A stretch of 64,000 bases of DNA from Pseudovirgaria hyperparasitica (lineage: Eukaryota): assembly GCA_010093815.1 (NCBI GenBank), contig ML996566.1; one strand, 5' to 3'. The translations under genes and the position numbers were made by a program. The notes under the pieces are model-generated. The model saw only the letters and a program-made list of their open reading frames with translations. It ran no database searches and was not told where the DNA came from. This document shows positions 23,720 through 37,868 of this stretch, one piece after another (the stretch's first letter is position 1; each line of letters starts with the position of its first letter).

Positions 23720-25192
23720 TTACTCTTGCAGAGATTCACCATTCGCAGTCCTGTCACAAATACTTCTCAACACCTCTGCCGCAAATTCGAAATCCTTCAT
23801 CTCCAGATACACTTGCGCACTCAGTCTGCACCATAGTTTGTTCCCATACAGCATCACCGGCATAAACGTCCCGTAGTCGGCCATCATCACCTTCTCGATC
23901 CAATTCCGGGTCATAGCCATAATATCGCCCTCACTCTGAACATTTCCCTTCTCTCGAGCGGCGCAGAAGATATGTTGGGGGGATAGAGGCAGGAGGATGT
24001 TTACCATGCAGCAACGGGAAAGGGAATGTGTGCTGTTGTCGAGGATGTGCGTGCCCAGGACGTGGGCTACGTGTCTACCGCCTTCTAATGCCAGAGTCTG
24101 ACAGTAGTTCCGGATGGCAGACTCCCCTCCGAGGGATCGACGATATGTCAGAGCGGCTGGAACACAAAGATACGGTGATGTGTCGATAGTGCCGACGAAA
24201 TTGAAGGCATTTACGAACGGGGTGTTTGTGGATGTCGGGAGGGGGTTAGAGATAGGAGATGCGCCGGCTTTGGGCTTTGGGATATACCCGTGCGATGTTG
24301 GTAGCGTAGAACGGATGAGGTGTTGATTACGCATGGGCACATAGAAGACGGCGCAGCCTCGCGGGGTGTAGAGCCACCTATTTCGTGTCAACCTGTGTGT
24401 AGTATGGTTGTAGAGAGTGCATGATAGAAGTGAAAACAAAGAGAGACTTACTTGTGGCAATTACTCACAAAGAAGTCCGGGTCTAACGCGGTCATGTCGA
24501 GCTCGATATGCCCAACTCCATGAGCACCATCAATACAGCTCAGAACACCAAGCTTGCGACACTTCGCCGCGAGCAGTTCGAACGGCATCCTGACTCCTGG
24601 TAAACTAACTACCGTGTCGAAGATACAAAGCTTCGGCGTCTTTCCTTCAGCCTTCACACTCTCTACCGTTCTCTCAAACTCCTCGACTAACCACTCATCC
24701 TCCACCGGATACACATAGTCAATTTTTCTGCTCTCGGCCAAGGTTGTGTCCCAGACATACTGCACAGTCTTCTCACAGCTGCCATAGATGGTCGCGAAGT
24801 AGATGATCACATCACCTTCGTCATACACGAGGTTGCGTAAGACTGTGTTGACACCTGTGGTGGAGTTGGGTACGAATACGAGAGTATCAGCTGGCGCGTT
24901 AAGGAGAGGAGCTAGTGCGGAGCGGGACTCGTCGACGAGACGTGTTGCGTCATAGCGGATGAAAGAGTCCGGGCGGGCTTCGGCGGCTTCTTGAAATGAT
25001 CGAAGTGCGGTGGGAACCGGGTGTGGGTGAGTCCCGAAGGACCCTGGACAATGTCAGATACTCATGTAAAACTAGATAGGTGCGGTTACCATGGTTGAGA
25101 TTGATATATTTCTCGTCGAACAGGAAGTCTTTCTTGAGAGCATGTCCGAATTGGATTTTGGCAACATCGTTGCCGGAGCCAAGATTGGTCAT
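23720..25192 (-). CDS. egt2: PLP-dependent class V aminotransferase-fold lyase, Egt2 (hercynylcysteine sulfoxide lyase)/LolT-like
   Basis: YINLNHGSFGTHP, IDGAHGVG, PLP lysine in SNCHKWLYTPRGCA, and RLSAQVYLE. Introns 25044-25089 and 24378-24451. Confidence 0.8.
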
Positions 25193-26099
25193 GACGTTCC
25201 AACGTAGCGCAACGTTGTCGTGTCTTGCCTTGTGAGTAGGTGATGACTAGGGGGCATGTAGATGTATCGCGGGAGCAAGATCAATCTTGTAAATGAAACC
25301 CCAGAGGTGGAAAGGCTTCTCTATACATTCGAGACATAGGAGGTTGAGCACAATACGGAAGACGCGGGGAGAGGCCGTTTAAATATGTCGAGATCTAAAA
25401 ATTGTTAGCAAATAATCATAGGCGAATGAATCACTGTTTTATCAATGACTGGTACGTTCGTAAGACTCATACAAACAAGAATGTCACAAACGGTACCTGT
25501 TATTGCAGTGTCATGACCAAGTTTACGCCTGTTTTGTTGTAGACTAGCGTAAATACCCCATAACGACTATATAAGGAACACAAATTCTGATCCATGATTA
25601 CGTTACAGACAGCATATTAGTTAGTTAGTAACGATCTCGAAGCGCTTAAAAGTAGAAATGAAACTCATTCGTTATGAACGATAGCCATGACAACAAAGCT
25701 GAGGTCGAGAAACGCAATAGGACTAGAATGTTTAGTGTGAGGCACTGGACGAATAAGTATAGAATGTAAGACCTATACAAGTATATTCTGGTGAACATGC
25801 TCTCACAAACCTGTCTACTTACGAGCTTAAAATTTATGTTCCCCATGTTCATTAGCGAATGCTTAACGGATACTGCCACTTATTTACATCTCCTCCCAGT
25901 ATGATATCCACCGGACTAGTCATTCATTCAGACGAAATAGGCGCTCTCATGGTCCATATATCGTAGGACCACTTCATGAATTGCAGAAACTATCACCTGT
26001 AGTATAATTCGCGTCAGGACCATCCTATAACTCCTGTATGCCTCGTGTCATGCAACAAAGTTCAATGAAGGAGCATGTTTCCGAGTCATAGCGAGTCAA

Positions 26100-26480
26100 T
26101 ATTTTCTGGAATGGATAGGTGACGCAGCTTGAATGCCCGAGGAGGTTTGTCTTCGCACTACAAGTAAGGTTTTGCTGATAATTTTCTGAATTTTCTGGCT
26201 AATCATCTCGCAGGCCCTCCAAAATTTACTCAAGGATCATTGGAAGATTCCCCAGCTTCATACAGTCGAATGTCGACAGAAGTAAGCAGACAATGTAGTG
26301 TGCTGCGAGTGGTATGATCAACGCTATATCGGAGACTGCGATTAGGTGTCATCAAAGTTCAATGTGTTCTTCACCGAGCCGCCTGTGGATGACCATCGGC
26401 TTTCAGCACCTGTAGCAACAATGCAAGCGTCTTACAGCACGAGAGACTTTAAATTAACATTAGCGACTTGAACGGATCTC
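26100..26480 (+). pseudogene. Possible spliced gene relic of unknown family
   Basis: A canonical intron at 26164-26213 (GTAAGG..GCTAAT..CAG) joins ECPRRFVFALQ to ALQNLLKDHWKIPQL. The frame then contains several stops. Confidence 0.25.
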
Positions 26481-27230
26481 TGAATAGGGACATACTGAGT
26501 AGTTGTATAGTCACAGTGTTAACGTATGATGGTGGAAGCCATGGATTCACAGGGTCACCACCACAACCCACAGCCTAGCAATGTAGCCAGAGACCAGATA
26601 TCAGCCGATCCTGTTGTTCACAGAGATTTCGCGAAAAAGCTTAGGAACACTCAAGTGCATTCATAGCATAATCTTCAATGTATTAACCACAATTAAGTTG
26701 ATTCCCCTTACTAATGTATGCACGAAGCAGCTTTCGATATCATTAACGCAAAACTCCTATGCCCATGTCCCATGCTCTTGCAGGCACTTCTCGTGCCCGA
26801 CTTCTATAAACCTTCTCTTTTCGTATTGTGAACTTCAAAACGCCCAAAGATAGAATGCAGACGCAAAAGCGTTCACCAGTCTGACAGACGATGTGTCCAC
26901 AGACAGAGCCAGCTTGACGAAGAAATTCGTCAAGTCCAAGCGTTAACATAAATACATGATATAGTGGGATTGAAGATATGGGACCGGGTATATGCAAGTG
27001 TGAACAAATCAGCCTCCGTTGTGTGCAAGCATGCTGATCTAGCGTGTGCGAAGTAGAGATAACCACCGATCTGTCGTGGTTCGTTGTTCGAGATATAATG
27101 AAAAAGTAGGGAACAAACCATGGAAATGGTTAGACATAAGTGTTGGCCGTCGAGTTGCGAGGGCGTGATGAAGTCGTACGATCGAGTCATGCCAGCTATC
27201 GAAAGATACCTTTCAGATGTAGCATTTCTT

Positions 27231-30200
27231 TTAACGGAAGAGACTCTTCAGGTCCTCCAACTTCCTCCTAGACTCTTCCTCGCGACCTGCCTTTCCTCGA
27301 GCTCCTTTTTCACCAAGACTAATCTCAGCGAGCTTCATTTTCTTCCTCTGTAGCTCAAGCATCTTCAGCTCAAAGCTATCATTCATGATGAATCTACGGA
27401 TTATAACCTCCCTCTCTTGTCCTAAGCGATGCACACGATCAACAGCCTGAGCCTCTGCGGCAGGATTATATTGTGGTTCCATGACATAGACGCGAGACGC
27501 TGTTGTCAGGTTAAGACCTAAGCCTCCGGCGCCAATAGAGACAAGGATGACGTGGATTGCAGGGTCTTCCCGGAAGACTCGAAGAGCGATAGTGCGAGCG
27601 GCACGAGACATGCGGCCATCGAGACGGGTATACTGGACCGAGGGGAGGTGTTCCTTGAAGCCAGTTTCGATAAGATCAAGATGACTAGTCCAGCCCGAAA
27701 AGACAACACTGATTGATTATTAGCATACTGAGCTTGAGTCTAGACTTGGCTATATACCTCTTGATAGGTCTCTCTTCTGGATGTGCTGCGCTCCACTGCT
27801 CGTTCTCTATTAGTGACTGAATCAGAGCTTTAGTCTTCGTATGTGGTCCACTATAACGGATCATCTGCTTTGCGAGCTTCGGATTATTTCTCAACTCCTC
27901 TCTCATCTCCTCATCTTCCTTCATCTTGTCCAAGCAGAAGTCGAAGAATGAGTACTTGACGTACTGGTCACAAGTAGGGCAATCCATGTAGCCATCTGAA
28001 GTTAGTTTATCTTGGGCTTTCTTCTGATATAGAGGAAGACACGTGGGACACAAAATGTGAAAACAAGGTGTCATGTGTCCAACTGTGTTCTGCGCCTTTT
28101 CAGCAAGCTCCTCGTCTGGGTTCTCTTCCCCAATTTTGGTGTTGCACATCATGCAGCGATCTTCGTCGGACTCTCGCATCAACTGAAGCATGTCATAAGC
28201 TTGCTTGGGGCTGAGCGCAGGCTTATCTTCGTCCTCGTCGTCGCCAAGATCTATAGCATTGCCGTAAGAGAGACCTTCAGTCAACTTCATGTCTTCGTCA
28301 CTGAGCAGATCGGAGCCATGCGCGCAGATAAGTCGCAGGCGTAGAATCGCGCGGAGGACATGCGCGTATGCTCTTCCACCGATGCCATGTGTGCGGTTGG
28401 CCGTCATTGCCTTGACGCGATTGGCTGAATCTAGAGCGAACCAATCGTACAGAGCTCGCTCATCATCGGAGAAGTCAAGGTGCACAATAAAGTCCTGCCG
28501 ATCAGGAAGATGAATCTTATCCTTGAGCCGCCTCAAGGTGATGGTATCAACAAGCAGTCGCAGCTTCGGAATAATCTCAGGGTCCGCTTGTTTGAACGGA
28601 GTCATTATGTACGTGGTAAAGGAACCCTTTTCATCAAAAGGCCTGATCCTGAGAAACTTGATGAGGGCTCCGAGGTCATCGAGGCGGTTCTGCACTGGCG
28701 TGCCTGTCACAGCCCATCGCCTGTTCGCACTCAGTCCACAGATTGCCAGGGACTGGCCAGTCTGCTGATTACGAATCATGTGTGCTTCATCGAGCACAAT
28801 CCTGAACCAATCGAGCTGCCGCATGGCGTCTCGCTTCTGTCTGCCGCTGGTTCCAAATTCAGTCGCAGCTGTATTGTACGAAGATATGATGATGTCGTAC
28901 TGGGCCAATTCATCGAGATCCTGCGATCTGTTGGGCCCGTGGTATAGGTAATATTTGATTGAATTCTTCTTCAGATGCTGACCAATCTGCTCCTGCCAAT
29001 TGGAGGTTGTGCTCAAGGGTGAAACTAGAAGCGTCGTTTTTACTTTTCGTAGGCCGTCTGAGCCTGGTTCTTGATCGGCCCAGGCTTTAGCTTCTTCTAA
29101 AGTGTCAGTGATCAAGGAAAGGATGCTCAAAGTCTTTCCAAGGCCCATCATGTCAGCCAAAATGCCTCCCAGACAAGGTTTAGGCTGGGAAGCCTGCTCA
29201 TAGCCAGTTATGATGTTATAGAAGACCTTGACACCATCTCTCCGCATCCGAGTTTTCCAGAGTGAACGTTTGTCATCACAGTTCGCGTCACTGCCGGATT
29301 CTCGGTCACGCATGAACCACAAGGCCTGCTTTTGATGGGATAGAAGCTTAGTCGTGATAATGGGATTGGCTTCTTTCTGTGGCAGATCCTCTGACTTTGT
29401 GAGACTATCGAACATACTGAGAACATCGTGACGTATCTCCTCCTGAGTTCGGGTGTAATATCCGGTGCCGGCGTTGATGATCCCACTGACAATTCGTGGG
29501 GTGCTTCCTTCCGAGAGTCTTGTTTTGGCAACTTTAGGGGCTTGTGGGTTGTAGTATACAATGTTGTTATCGAATCTGGGCGGCATACGAAGCCAGATGC
29601 CCTTCCTGCTCAAAAAGGTTCCAAGACTGTCAGCTTTAGACTTTGGGGAGTACAATATGACCAGAAGGTTGAGCTGCGAATGGGTTGGCATGCCCGCAAC
29701 CTCGCCAGGACGTTTCTTTCTGGGTTCAACTTTCGCGTCAATACGGAGTCTACTACCTTGTTTTTGCCCATCCAAAAGAGGCTGTAGTGCGGATGACGTC
29801 TTTGGATCCAGAGTCGCAAATGATTTGCCCTGACCATCGTTGACAAGAATCATAAGATCGTTGCCAGGCCGACGTTGGAATGTGACCTTGATGGCTGGCC
29901 AGGAATCCCGAGATCCTGACGGACCACCTCGCCTTTGGCAGGGTATTTGATGCGCATTGAGATATGACCGCTCGAGCTTTCCCAGACACACCTCTTCATC
30001 ATGTTTTGAGCTAAGGCATACCACTTCATCGTCATCATCCGCTGATGGCACAAATGTTAGTCTACAGTATAAGGGCAAATGTTCTTGAAAGTTACCTGTA
30101 AGATCAATAGTAGAGTCCGTAGTCGCTACTGTCGGAGTGTGAGCTGGAGGTGGCATTGCAAGTCGCGATGCAAGGACAGGTTCTTGCAACTGGTCGCCTT

Positions 30201-30885
30201 CATGACGCTTGTCCTTGATATATTGCCCGAGGATGGTAGCATTACCACTCTCAAAAGTACCTTTCTTCTTCGGTTCATCTCCTGTCGATACTTCCATTCT
30301 TGGCCGCTTGACAGGTCGTTCTTCACGTCGCTCAATGCCATGGGCCTTTTCTATCAATGAAACGTAAGTGCCAGCTGGAGACTCCGAGTCGCGTCCGGCA
30401 TGCACAGGCTTGGCTTTGCGAGATGGTGATTGACTGCTCTGGGTCGTAGCAACAGTTGCTTTAGGGTTGAGTAGTGCTTTAGGGTCGAACAACGGCATTG
30501 ACGTCTGTGTAGCTTCAACATCGACTGTGCCATTTTGACTCACATCACCTTGAACAGTCAGATCGGACTCCAAACTCTCCATGTTTTCATCGCAATGAGG
30601 GTTTGAAACAGAGGGAGGGGTTTTTGAAGGATCTTGCGAAGTGCGAGAGATATCAGAAGCTTCCATGTCTCTCATACTTGTGTCAGACATGATGGAAGAG
30701 CCTAGAAAATGATACGGAAATTGAAGGACTTTTCAGAGGCGAAAGTGAGGTTGAAATTGAAGTTGAGATTGAATAGAGGTGAGAGTGGGAGGCTGTAAGA
30801 AGGAAAAGTAAGTACCTCGTTGTGTTCGTCCGCGTGACTGCGAGTTCTGGTACTGCTTCGGATTCAACAGATAAGCAGGGTTCAT
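27231..30885 (-). CDS. SNF2-family helicase/ATPase with inserted RING finger (Rad5/HLTF/Rad16-like group)
   Basis: GGILADMMGLGKT, IVLDEAH, TGTPVQN, RING (CMMC..PCFHILCPTC..CPTC), GLNLTTAS and QAVDRVHRLGQ. Introns 30702-30815, 30042-30095 (in frame) and 27709-27757. The start MNPAYLLNPK at 30885 is in frame after splicing. Confidence 0.92.
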
Positions 30886-31628
30886 GGTGACGAGGTGTTC
30901 AGCCGAAGTTGAGCAGCACGCGTAGTTGGTGAACTGCGAGAAACTGACGCGGCTTTTGGTTGAAACACTTTTGGTACGTGAAATCACCAAGGTCAGTTTA
31001 TGTCTAGATCCAGGGACTCATAGCAGGGGCGGACAGGGAACGAAAGGGTGAAGCCCGGGCAATGTAAGGAGGTGAGTAAGCACGTAGACGCTCCTCATCG
31101 CACAACGAAAGAATCAACAGATCGGTATCAAAATATGAGGCTTCACATCGAAGGACGACGAGAGACGTCTGATGGGCTGAAGTGAAGGGCTGAAGGGTGA
31201 GGAAAACAGAAGGATGTTCGATGGAATGCACCATGCACAATACATGGATGCAGATGCACTAGTCGGTGTCGATGGCTAGTGGTGTGGCGGCCCCCCAGAT
31301 GACGCAGCCAATCACAGGTGGGAAGCAGGCATCTCGTGACCCAGCGGAGACTGCATAGTTCCCGAGGCTCTCTTGTCTGTTATACTCCTGTCTCAGTGTC
31401 CACGGAGAGAAATGGTGCCTATTCATTTCTTTGTCCGCCATCTGATCTAATGTTTGTCATATGCTCCACGTGAGCATCATGGTCCCGTCGCCGCACTAGC
31501 CCACACATCTATTTCTACAATGTACCCAGATTAGGCCTGTCTATCCAAAACGCCTCGCAATGCTGAATGCAGATTGCCGTGTTGTACAGATCTCGCGTCG
31601 AGACAAGGTGTGATCACTAGAGACCACT

Positions 31629-33992
31629 TCAACACCACGTGAACACTGGGTTTTTGCTCTTCACCGTCTCCAGGCGCTCCACTATCACTCGCCGTTGATT
31701 GGCTTCTCGATCCTCTGTTGCTGCATATCCAAGGTCTCCCTCCACATTGTCATCTGTCTCCAGATACGGCGGCTGTGCCGTGCGACGAGTTGAAAATGAA
31801 AATCGTCTTTGATGTCGACTGCTTCCCAATGCAGGCCCTCTTCGTGGTCCTTCGTAGCTCATACGAGTTCGTGAATGTCCTTGGAATGTCTGATTGCGCT
31901 TGGGCTGTGGCACGACCATCTGGACGCTCGATGATGACAGAGGGTTACGTCGCTGATCTTCGCTTCTTCGAATGTCCATCGAGCTAGACTGTCTCGACAC
32001 GTTGAAAGGATTTCCACCTTCAGCAGTCGGTGAACTCAGCCCCAACAAGTCCTGCGCGGGTGGAGCAGATGCGCCGACCGCACCAATGTCAGCCTCGCTT
32101 CCCGATTCACCGGCCTCTTCTTCTGCTCGACGTCTCATCTCAGCAGATGGCACACGCAGGGGTACGGCAACCGGAATATCGACAAGATCGTCCCAAACAT
32201 GGACTCTAGCTCTACGCGTGAGCTCAAGTGGTCCATGATCCGGTGTTTTGAGCGTTTCAACAACGTTCCAAGCTTGGCCTTTAACGACAGCGATTTGACG
32301 TGCATACATCCTCTCCTTGAAATCGTCATCTTGCGAAAAACAACGGCGCAGCGCAAGCTGCGTTTCACTCCACCACTGCTTCGAGGTCAAAAGAGGGAGA
32401 AAATGCCTTCGTGTAGCTTCAGAGAAAGGCTGTCCGATAAGCGAAACAGGTAAGAATAGCCACCCAAATGGGTAACTTCGCCACTGTAGTGATCATTAGA
32501 ACTGGTTCTGAACATCGGATGTTTAACGTACCGCATCGGGATGTTTCCATGGCCAAGAAAGGCTGTTGTCAATTGCACCAAGCGATACAGTCAGCTCCTC
32601 AGCCTTTCCAGTGCCAGGAGTTCTGCTTCTACTTGGTACCGTCATGCGTTCTCTTCGAGTGTATGGATCGGTCGTGGATGACGCATGGTTTCGGGTGTCG
32701 AGACCGGGAGAGGTCTCCCGCACCTCCCCATTTCCTTTGGGAGGCTCTGCGACAATGCTTGCTTCTTCAGTATGACGGTCAATCCTGATCATCCAATTGT
32801 CCAACCCTCGGTCGGTGTTCCGCATGATATAATCCAGGATCACTAGTCGTTCAAGTTGCTCTCTGAAGGACTGTTGTAGCTTGTCGGTCCAGAAAACGCG
32901 TCGCCGCTGATTCTCTTCCACTGAATCTGAGGGCACACCAGTCACTTCATCCTCGTCTTCGTCATCAGATCGCGAACCTCCTGGTCTACATTCCTCAGCC
33001 CATCTCCGTTTATTAGTCTTTCGCGCATTAGTTCGTAACCCGGAGCTCTGTTGGTCAGGCCACGGATGCTCTTTCAAGAATAGAGTAGCGTCTTTATAGC
33101 CCTTTAGGAAGGCCTGGAAACTGCCAACTTTTGCAGGAAATGCCTTCTTCTTCCGGTAGTATGCCCGGCGGTCCCAGAAGTCATAGTGGAAGGATTTAGA
33201 GGAGAGGGAGACAATATCGGTGTAAGGTACGATATTGGTGCGAAGTTGCGTGTCGAGAACATAGGCTGCTGCTTCTGATACATATGAGAGGTTAGGAATG
33301 AGACATGCCCGCCCAAAGAAGAATGGGAAAAGGTTGCGATGTATCCACTTCGTCCATTTAGGGTTCTTCGAGGCGTATGGCTCCTCGTCTTTAGGTTTGA
33401 AGACTCCAACGACCTTGCCCTGAGCATTGCGTGCGAAGTAGCTCCCAGAACTGCCCTGTGAGATGAGCTTTGGGTGTACACCAAGCTCGATAGCTGTGCG
33501 GACACTTTCCACGACCTCTTCAAATTGTACCCGTGTCAGTCGCTCAGGGTCAGGCTGTTCGTCTTGTAGTAGGGCCTCCGCCGTGACCGGACGTATCCAA
33601 TCGGGAGCTTGGAAGACTGAGTAATGGATCTCCAGCTGCTCTTCTTCTTCTGACTTCCCTTTGATCCGTCTGATCTTGAACTTCTGAGCTATCTCGTCAG
33701 CCCACCTCTCGAGGCGAGCATTGATCGCCTTAATATCTACACCAGAGTTGCTGCGCTGGCGCCCGATAGCCGGACCTCGTCTGTAAGATGGTGAAGCAGG
33801 ACCTGAGCCTTGCATGCGGTGTTGCTGCCGTTTTGGCTGTATAGGCGCATAATGCGAGCTGTTGCTGTTCGAGATCGACGCTTGGGTGCGGTAGGGGTCT
33901 TCTTCGTCGGAATCAACGACGTCGTCATCTTCATCTTCTTCGGCTTGCGCGATGCGTGCATATCCAGACGTTGGAGGGCGCTTCTTTGGCAT
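31629..33992 (-). CDS. LSB6: Type II phosphatidylinositol 4-kinase
   Basis: [57 protein letters not shown] (across intron 32484-32531) and C-terminal NPVFTWC. ATG at 33992. Confidence 0.95.
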
Positions 33993-34497
33993 TGTATAGC
34001 GGGTGAGACTAAGAAGAAAGTGTATACAGCTGGAAGGAGGTGCAGTGCTCGTGGTGCTGCGTCGATGTTGACAGGAGTCCAAAAAGTTAAGGGTACCTAG
34101 CAGGAAGTGGAGTCCCGTCGGGGTTAGTAGCCGCACCGCCCGGCTCAACTTACTGCCTGAGACTTGTTCCAACACTCAGCTTAAAAATAGCTGATCTGAT
34201 TAGCTTCACTCTAGCTATGCAAGCCTTTTTGGGAATTAGAGGTATTCCTCGTGTGCTAGTTGTATGTTTTGTTCTTGACAATTAGCTTCACACTCCGTTT
34301 GCGCTCTCCACATGCGTAAGTCATCAACGTAAGTGGTCGATGGTTATCCAAGATGATGGATCAACTTCAAGCTATTGCATGATTGATTGCGCCACACCAA
34401 TTGCCACGCGGCTTAGATATTAAATGCCAACAACATACACAAGATTCGAGCACGAACCAAGCGTGTTTCGGGTGCTTCGATACCCGCGACCGTTAAG

Positions 34498-35850
34498 ATG
34501 CTGACCTTTACCAACATCTTTCGTCGTTTCGGACTGTCTCCTAACGAACATGAAGCTATCAACACAGGCTTAGTCGAGAAATCCAGTAGACTCCACGGGT
34601 CTCGTAGTGTCCCCCGCGGACCTGAGACTCGAGATTGCTAGTTATCTAGACCGCCATGATGTTTCCCACTTGTCAATGACGAATCGATCGATGCGGGATG
34701 TTTGGCTCGGAATGATTTACGGGCAAGTCTCGATGGTATGGTATTCAGGAGGTGTCGACCTGGACCAAAAAGAAGCAGCTGCGTCGAAGCTTTCCACGAG
34801 CTGATCTGTTGTTGCGAATAAACATGGAAAATCCGTCCGAGCCTCATGGATTGGAGACTTAGACTAACAAGTAGGGGCGGCTGGAATAAGACTCGTATCT
34901 CTGACAGGAGGCGACCCAATATCCAACGGCTTTACGATGTATCATTCTTCCCCCGCGGTCAAGATGGCAGAAGTGGGAGATGGCATTACAAACGAACAAT
35001 ATCAATGTTGTCATTGCACTGCTGATACTAAAATGCACCGAGCTAAAAACTCTTACGTTGGGATGGCAAGTCTTTGATAACGAGTATCTGGACCTAGCCT
35101 TAGGGTCGGACTTGGTTCGTATTCGAATATAACAGTCTTGCAACATCTTCACACCCTCAGGTTGGGCGATTCCATAGAGAATAGCTTTTACTTGGACCTG
35201 ATGCCGTTCGACTTCGATTCTTTCAATCTGCCGTCGCTTTATAGGGTGGAGATGGTTGCACCAAAGCGAGATTCCTAGTTACTAAACTATAAAGGGTTTA
35301 ATAAGCTTGGAAGACATATAACGTCATTTAGGCTTCTAGGATCTAAGGTTTAAGCAGACGAGTGAGAATATCGATGTTTCGTGCCCGAAAAGGGTGGGGG
35401 AAGGCGTTTAGCCATAGCCCTCTTCCTTGTCAAGGACACGTTAAAGGATTTGAAACTTTTCATACTACCATCGTGCCCTCTACCTGAGCTTCAGAGAGCT
35501 GCCTGTAGTGAGTATCGCTTTATCAGGGGGTTGAGAATGCCGGAAACGCTGTATGTGGATCTGCCCATGCTGCTTGGCTGGCATCCGGCCACCAAGCCTG
35601 AGAACCATCACCCTCACTGCAGAGACGACTTTAAGAGTGACTGGCATCAGTGTCACGTCGTGGATCTGATGCGTACCTTCCTTGGGGACCATGGTAGTCT
35701 GGAACAGATACACTCTCTCTCATGCGGAAGCTATGACGGCTGACTTTTATCTTCAACTCGATGACCACCTACTCTCGAGGTTGGAACAAGGAGACGAAGG
35801 ATGAGCTGCAAAGTCTGTGCACGTCGTACGAAGTCGAATGCATTATTAGG
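34498..35850 (+). pseudogene. Disrupted F-box/LRR-like protein gene
   Basis: F-box-like SPADLRLEIASYLDRHDVSHLSMTNRSMRD (34607+), then frame-broken segments WEMALQTNNINVVIALLILKCTELKTLTL (~34975-35060) and ALFLVKDTLKDLKL..TLYVDLPMLLGWHP (35381+). Multiple stops and frameshifts, with no obvious introns that repair them. Confidence 0.6.
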
Positions 35851-36901
35851 ACTGAGATTGAGTTCGGGCACTGTGGTCACCTTGTAGTCAAGTGTGCTTG
35901 CATATATATCCTGAGCAGAGAGCAGAACACGATAATTATACTGCTGGCCCAGGCTGTGCATATTAGCTGCTCCTCCTGCTGCGAGTCCGAGTCCAGACCC
36001 TACGCCTAAATGAGCCAACTAAAGTTACTCACGTGACCGGTCATAGCATGATCCAACCTAAGGCACGGCCACTACAGTAGTACCTACAATACTAGTAGCT
36101 TAGTCACAAATCTCCATCTCTCGGAGCTGTTTCGAATCTCTTAATCCAAGTTCCTATCCCTTGCCTACACATCACAAATCACCGTATAAAGCTATTGCGT
36201 AGCGATAATAGACAGCGGCGTCATTCTATCACCACCGAAGATCGGATCAAGCAATCTCGGTTCATGTCCAAGCTCATCGCCTATCGCTTGTGCTATCGAT
36301 GGTGGCGCGTGGCATCCCTCGGTCTCCCATGCAAAAAGACCACCTTTTCCAGCCCAGTATGATTGCTGGAGCCAAAAGGCAGGCCACTTGAGATCCTGTC
36401 CATAGTAGGCGGCGAATTGGATGCTCTGGCGTCCTTTGACCACTAGATTTTCGTGGAGTTTGGTAGCAATTTCACAGGCACAAGAGTGCCAAGTCGTCCG
36501 AGCTCCCAGAGCTCATTTCGAAAAGTGATCCGCCCTCCTTTCCCCAGCAAAGTCAGCGTGACTGTAGTGGGTCTGAACCATGTGTTTGTTTATTGCTCGG
36601 GTGATCTGATGAGCGAAACTTCGAGGATACGGCTGGTAGCGTGTCGTGCCGTGTCGCTGGCACGAATGGTTGCCACGATTTGTTCTGCTAAGCTGTTGCT
36701 ATTGAAAGGTCTGTCGTCGAAAGTAACGAGACAAGTACCTAGTCAGTACTGCCGCCCCTGAGCAAAATGCCGAACGATGATGTGCACTCATGCGAGAGAC
36801 CCCTCTGCGGAGAATAATATCGTGCAGCAGCTTGCAGCCGAGACTCGTTGTAGACCCGCATACGCAAAGAACCTGGGACGGCGCGTACGTCGAGAGGTGA
36901 G

Positions 36902-36939
36902 TTATCGGTGGCTATCGGTTGCGCGATAGGATGTGATAG
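36902..36939. promoter_or_regulatory. Cluster of four GATA elements about 0.93 kb upstream of areB
   Basis: TTATC (36902), CTATC (36912), GATAG (36925), GATAG (36935): two reverse sites then two forward sites, each pair 10 bp apart. Confidence 0.45.
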
Positions 36940-37868
36940 ACGCCTGGTTCGCTTGTTGCTAGATTATGCTTGCTGCCCCTGAGCTGTCAGCTCGAAAAGA
37001 TGACGATAGGCGCCATCGTTAGTTCACATCAGCAAGTAATTTCGACAGTTTGGGCAACGCCCAGGGTCTTTCGCAATACATCCACATCCTCTTCAGCCTT
37101 GCCCCATCTTGGATATTTTGTGTCGCCGTTGATATCTGCGGCACCAGCCATGGCGGCGTCGATAGAAAACCCTCGCTCAGACCATGCTCCACAAGAATGA
37201 CTTCGCCGAAGCCTCACATCGTGTGTCTCGCATGCCCTCCTAATGGCGGTAATTGCTCGACCAGATCGCTTGACGTGCGTGTCTTGTGCCACCAAGTTTG
37301 CCGTGCCGGCAACGTGATGCAGTGCGGACAATATACAAAATGAGAAGCTTCGCAGCACAGATTGAGCTCGTCGTCGTGCGTTAGGAAGAATGGCGCATGG
37401 CTCCACCTGCAAGCACATACATAGGTCATGGTGCAAATATTTGATCTGTTGGCGGCATCCCTGACAAGAAGGATCAGGATACACTTGGACCCCCCCTATC
37501 CACACTCTACGCTCAAAAGGTATCGCTCCCTGCCCACGGCCCACCTTTTGCCAGATGCCTTAATGTTTCGTTCGCTCGCCCACACACTCTCTTTCTAATA
37601 ATCTACATCTTGAAACTCTTTGCAAGTGTATCTTGCCGTCACTCTTTTGAAATCTACATTCATTCATTCTCTTGGTTGTATAATCTGTTCAGTCATTCTT
37701 TTCCGTCTATTCATTCAAGCCCGACCATTCAGTCTTCAGTACGGATATCGCAGCTGTTCGAATTTCCAGTCTCTACGACCTCATTCCAAGTTAGACTCGC
37801 TATCACAACGTCTATAATATTTCCAAAGACGCGTCGACCCCGAACTTTGTCTTACTATTGACTTTAAT

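Noticed and set aside
36000..37600. ORFs of 70-170 aa, or a telomerase RNA, in the long region upstream of areB
   Set aside because: No protein motifs, no consistent splice structure and no TAACCCTAA-type template seen. The region is best explained as a large regulatory region.
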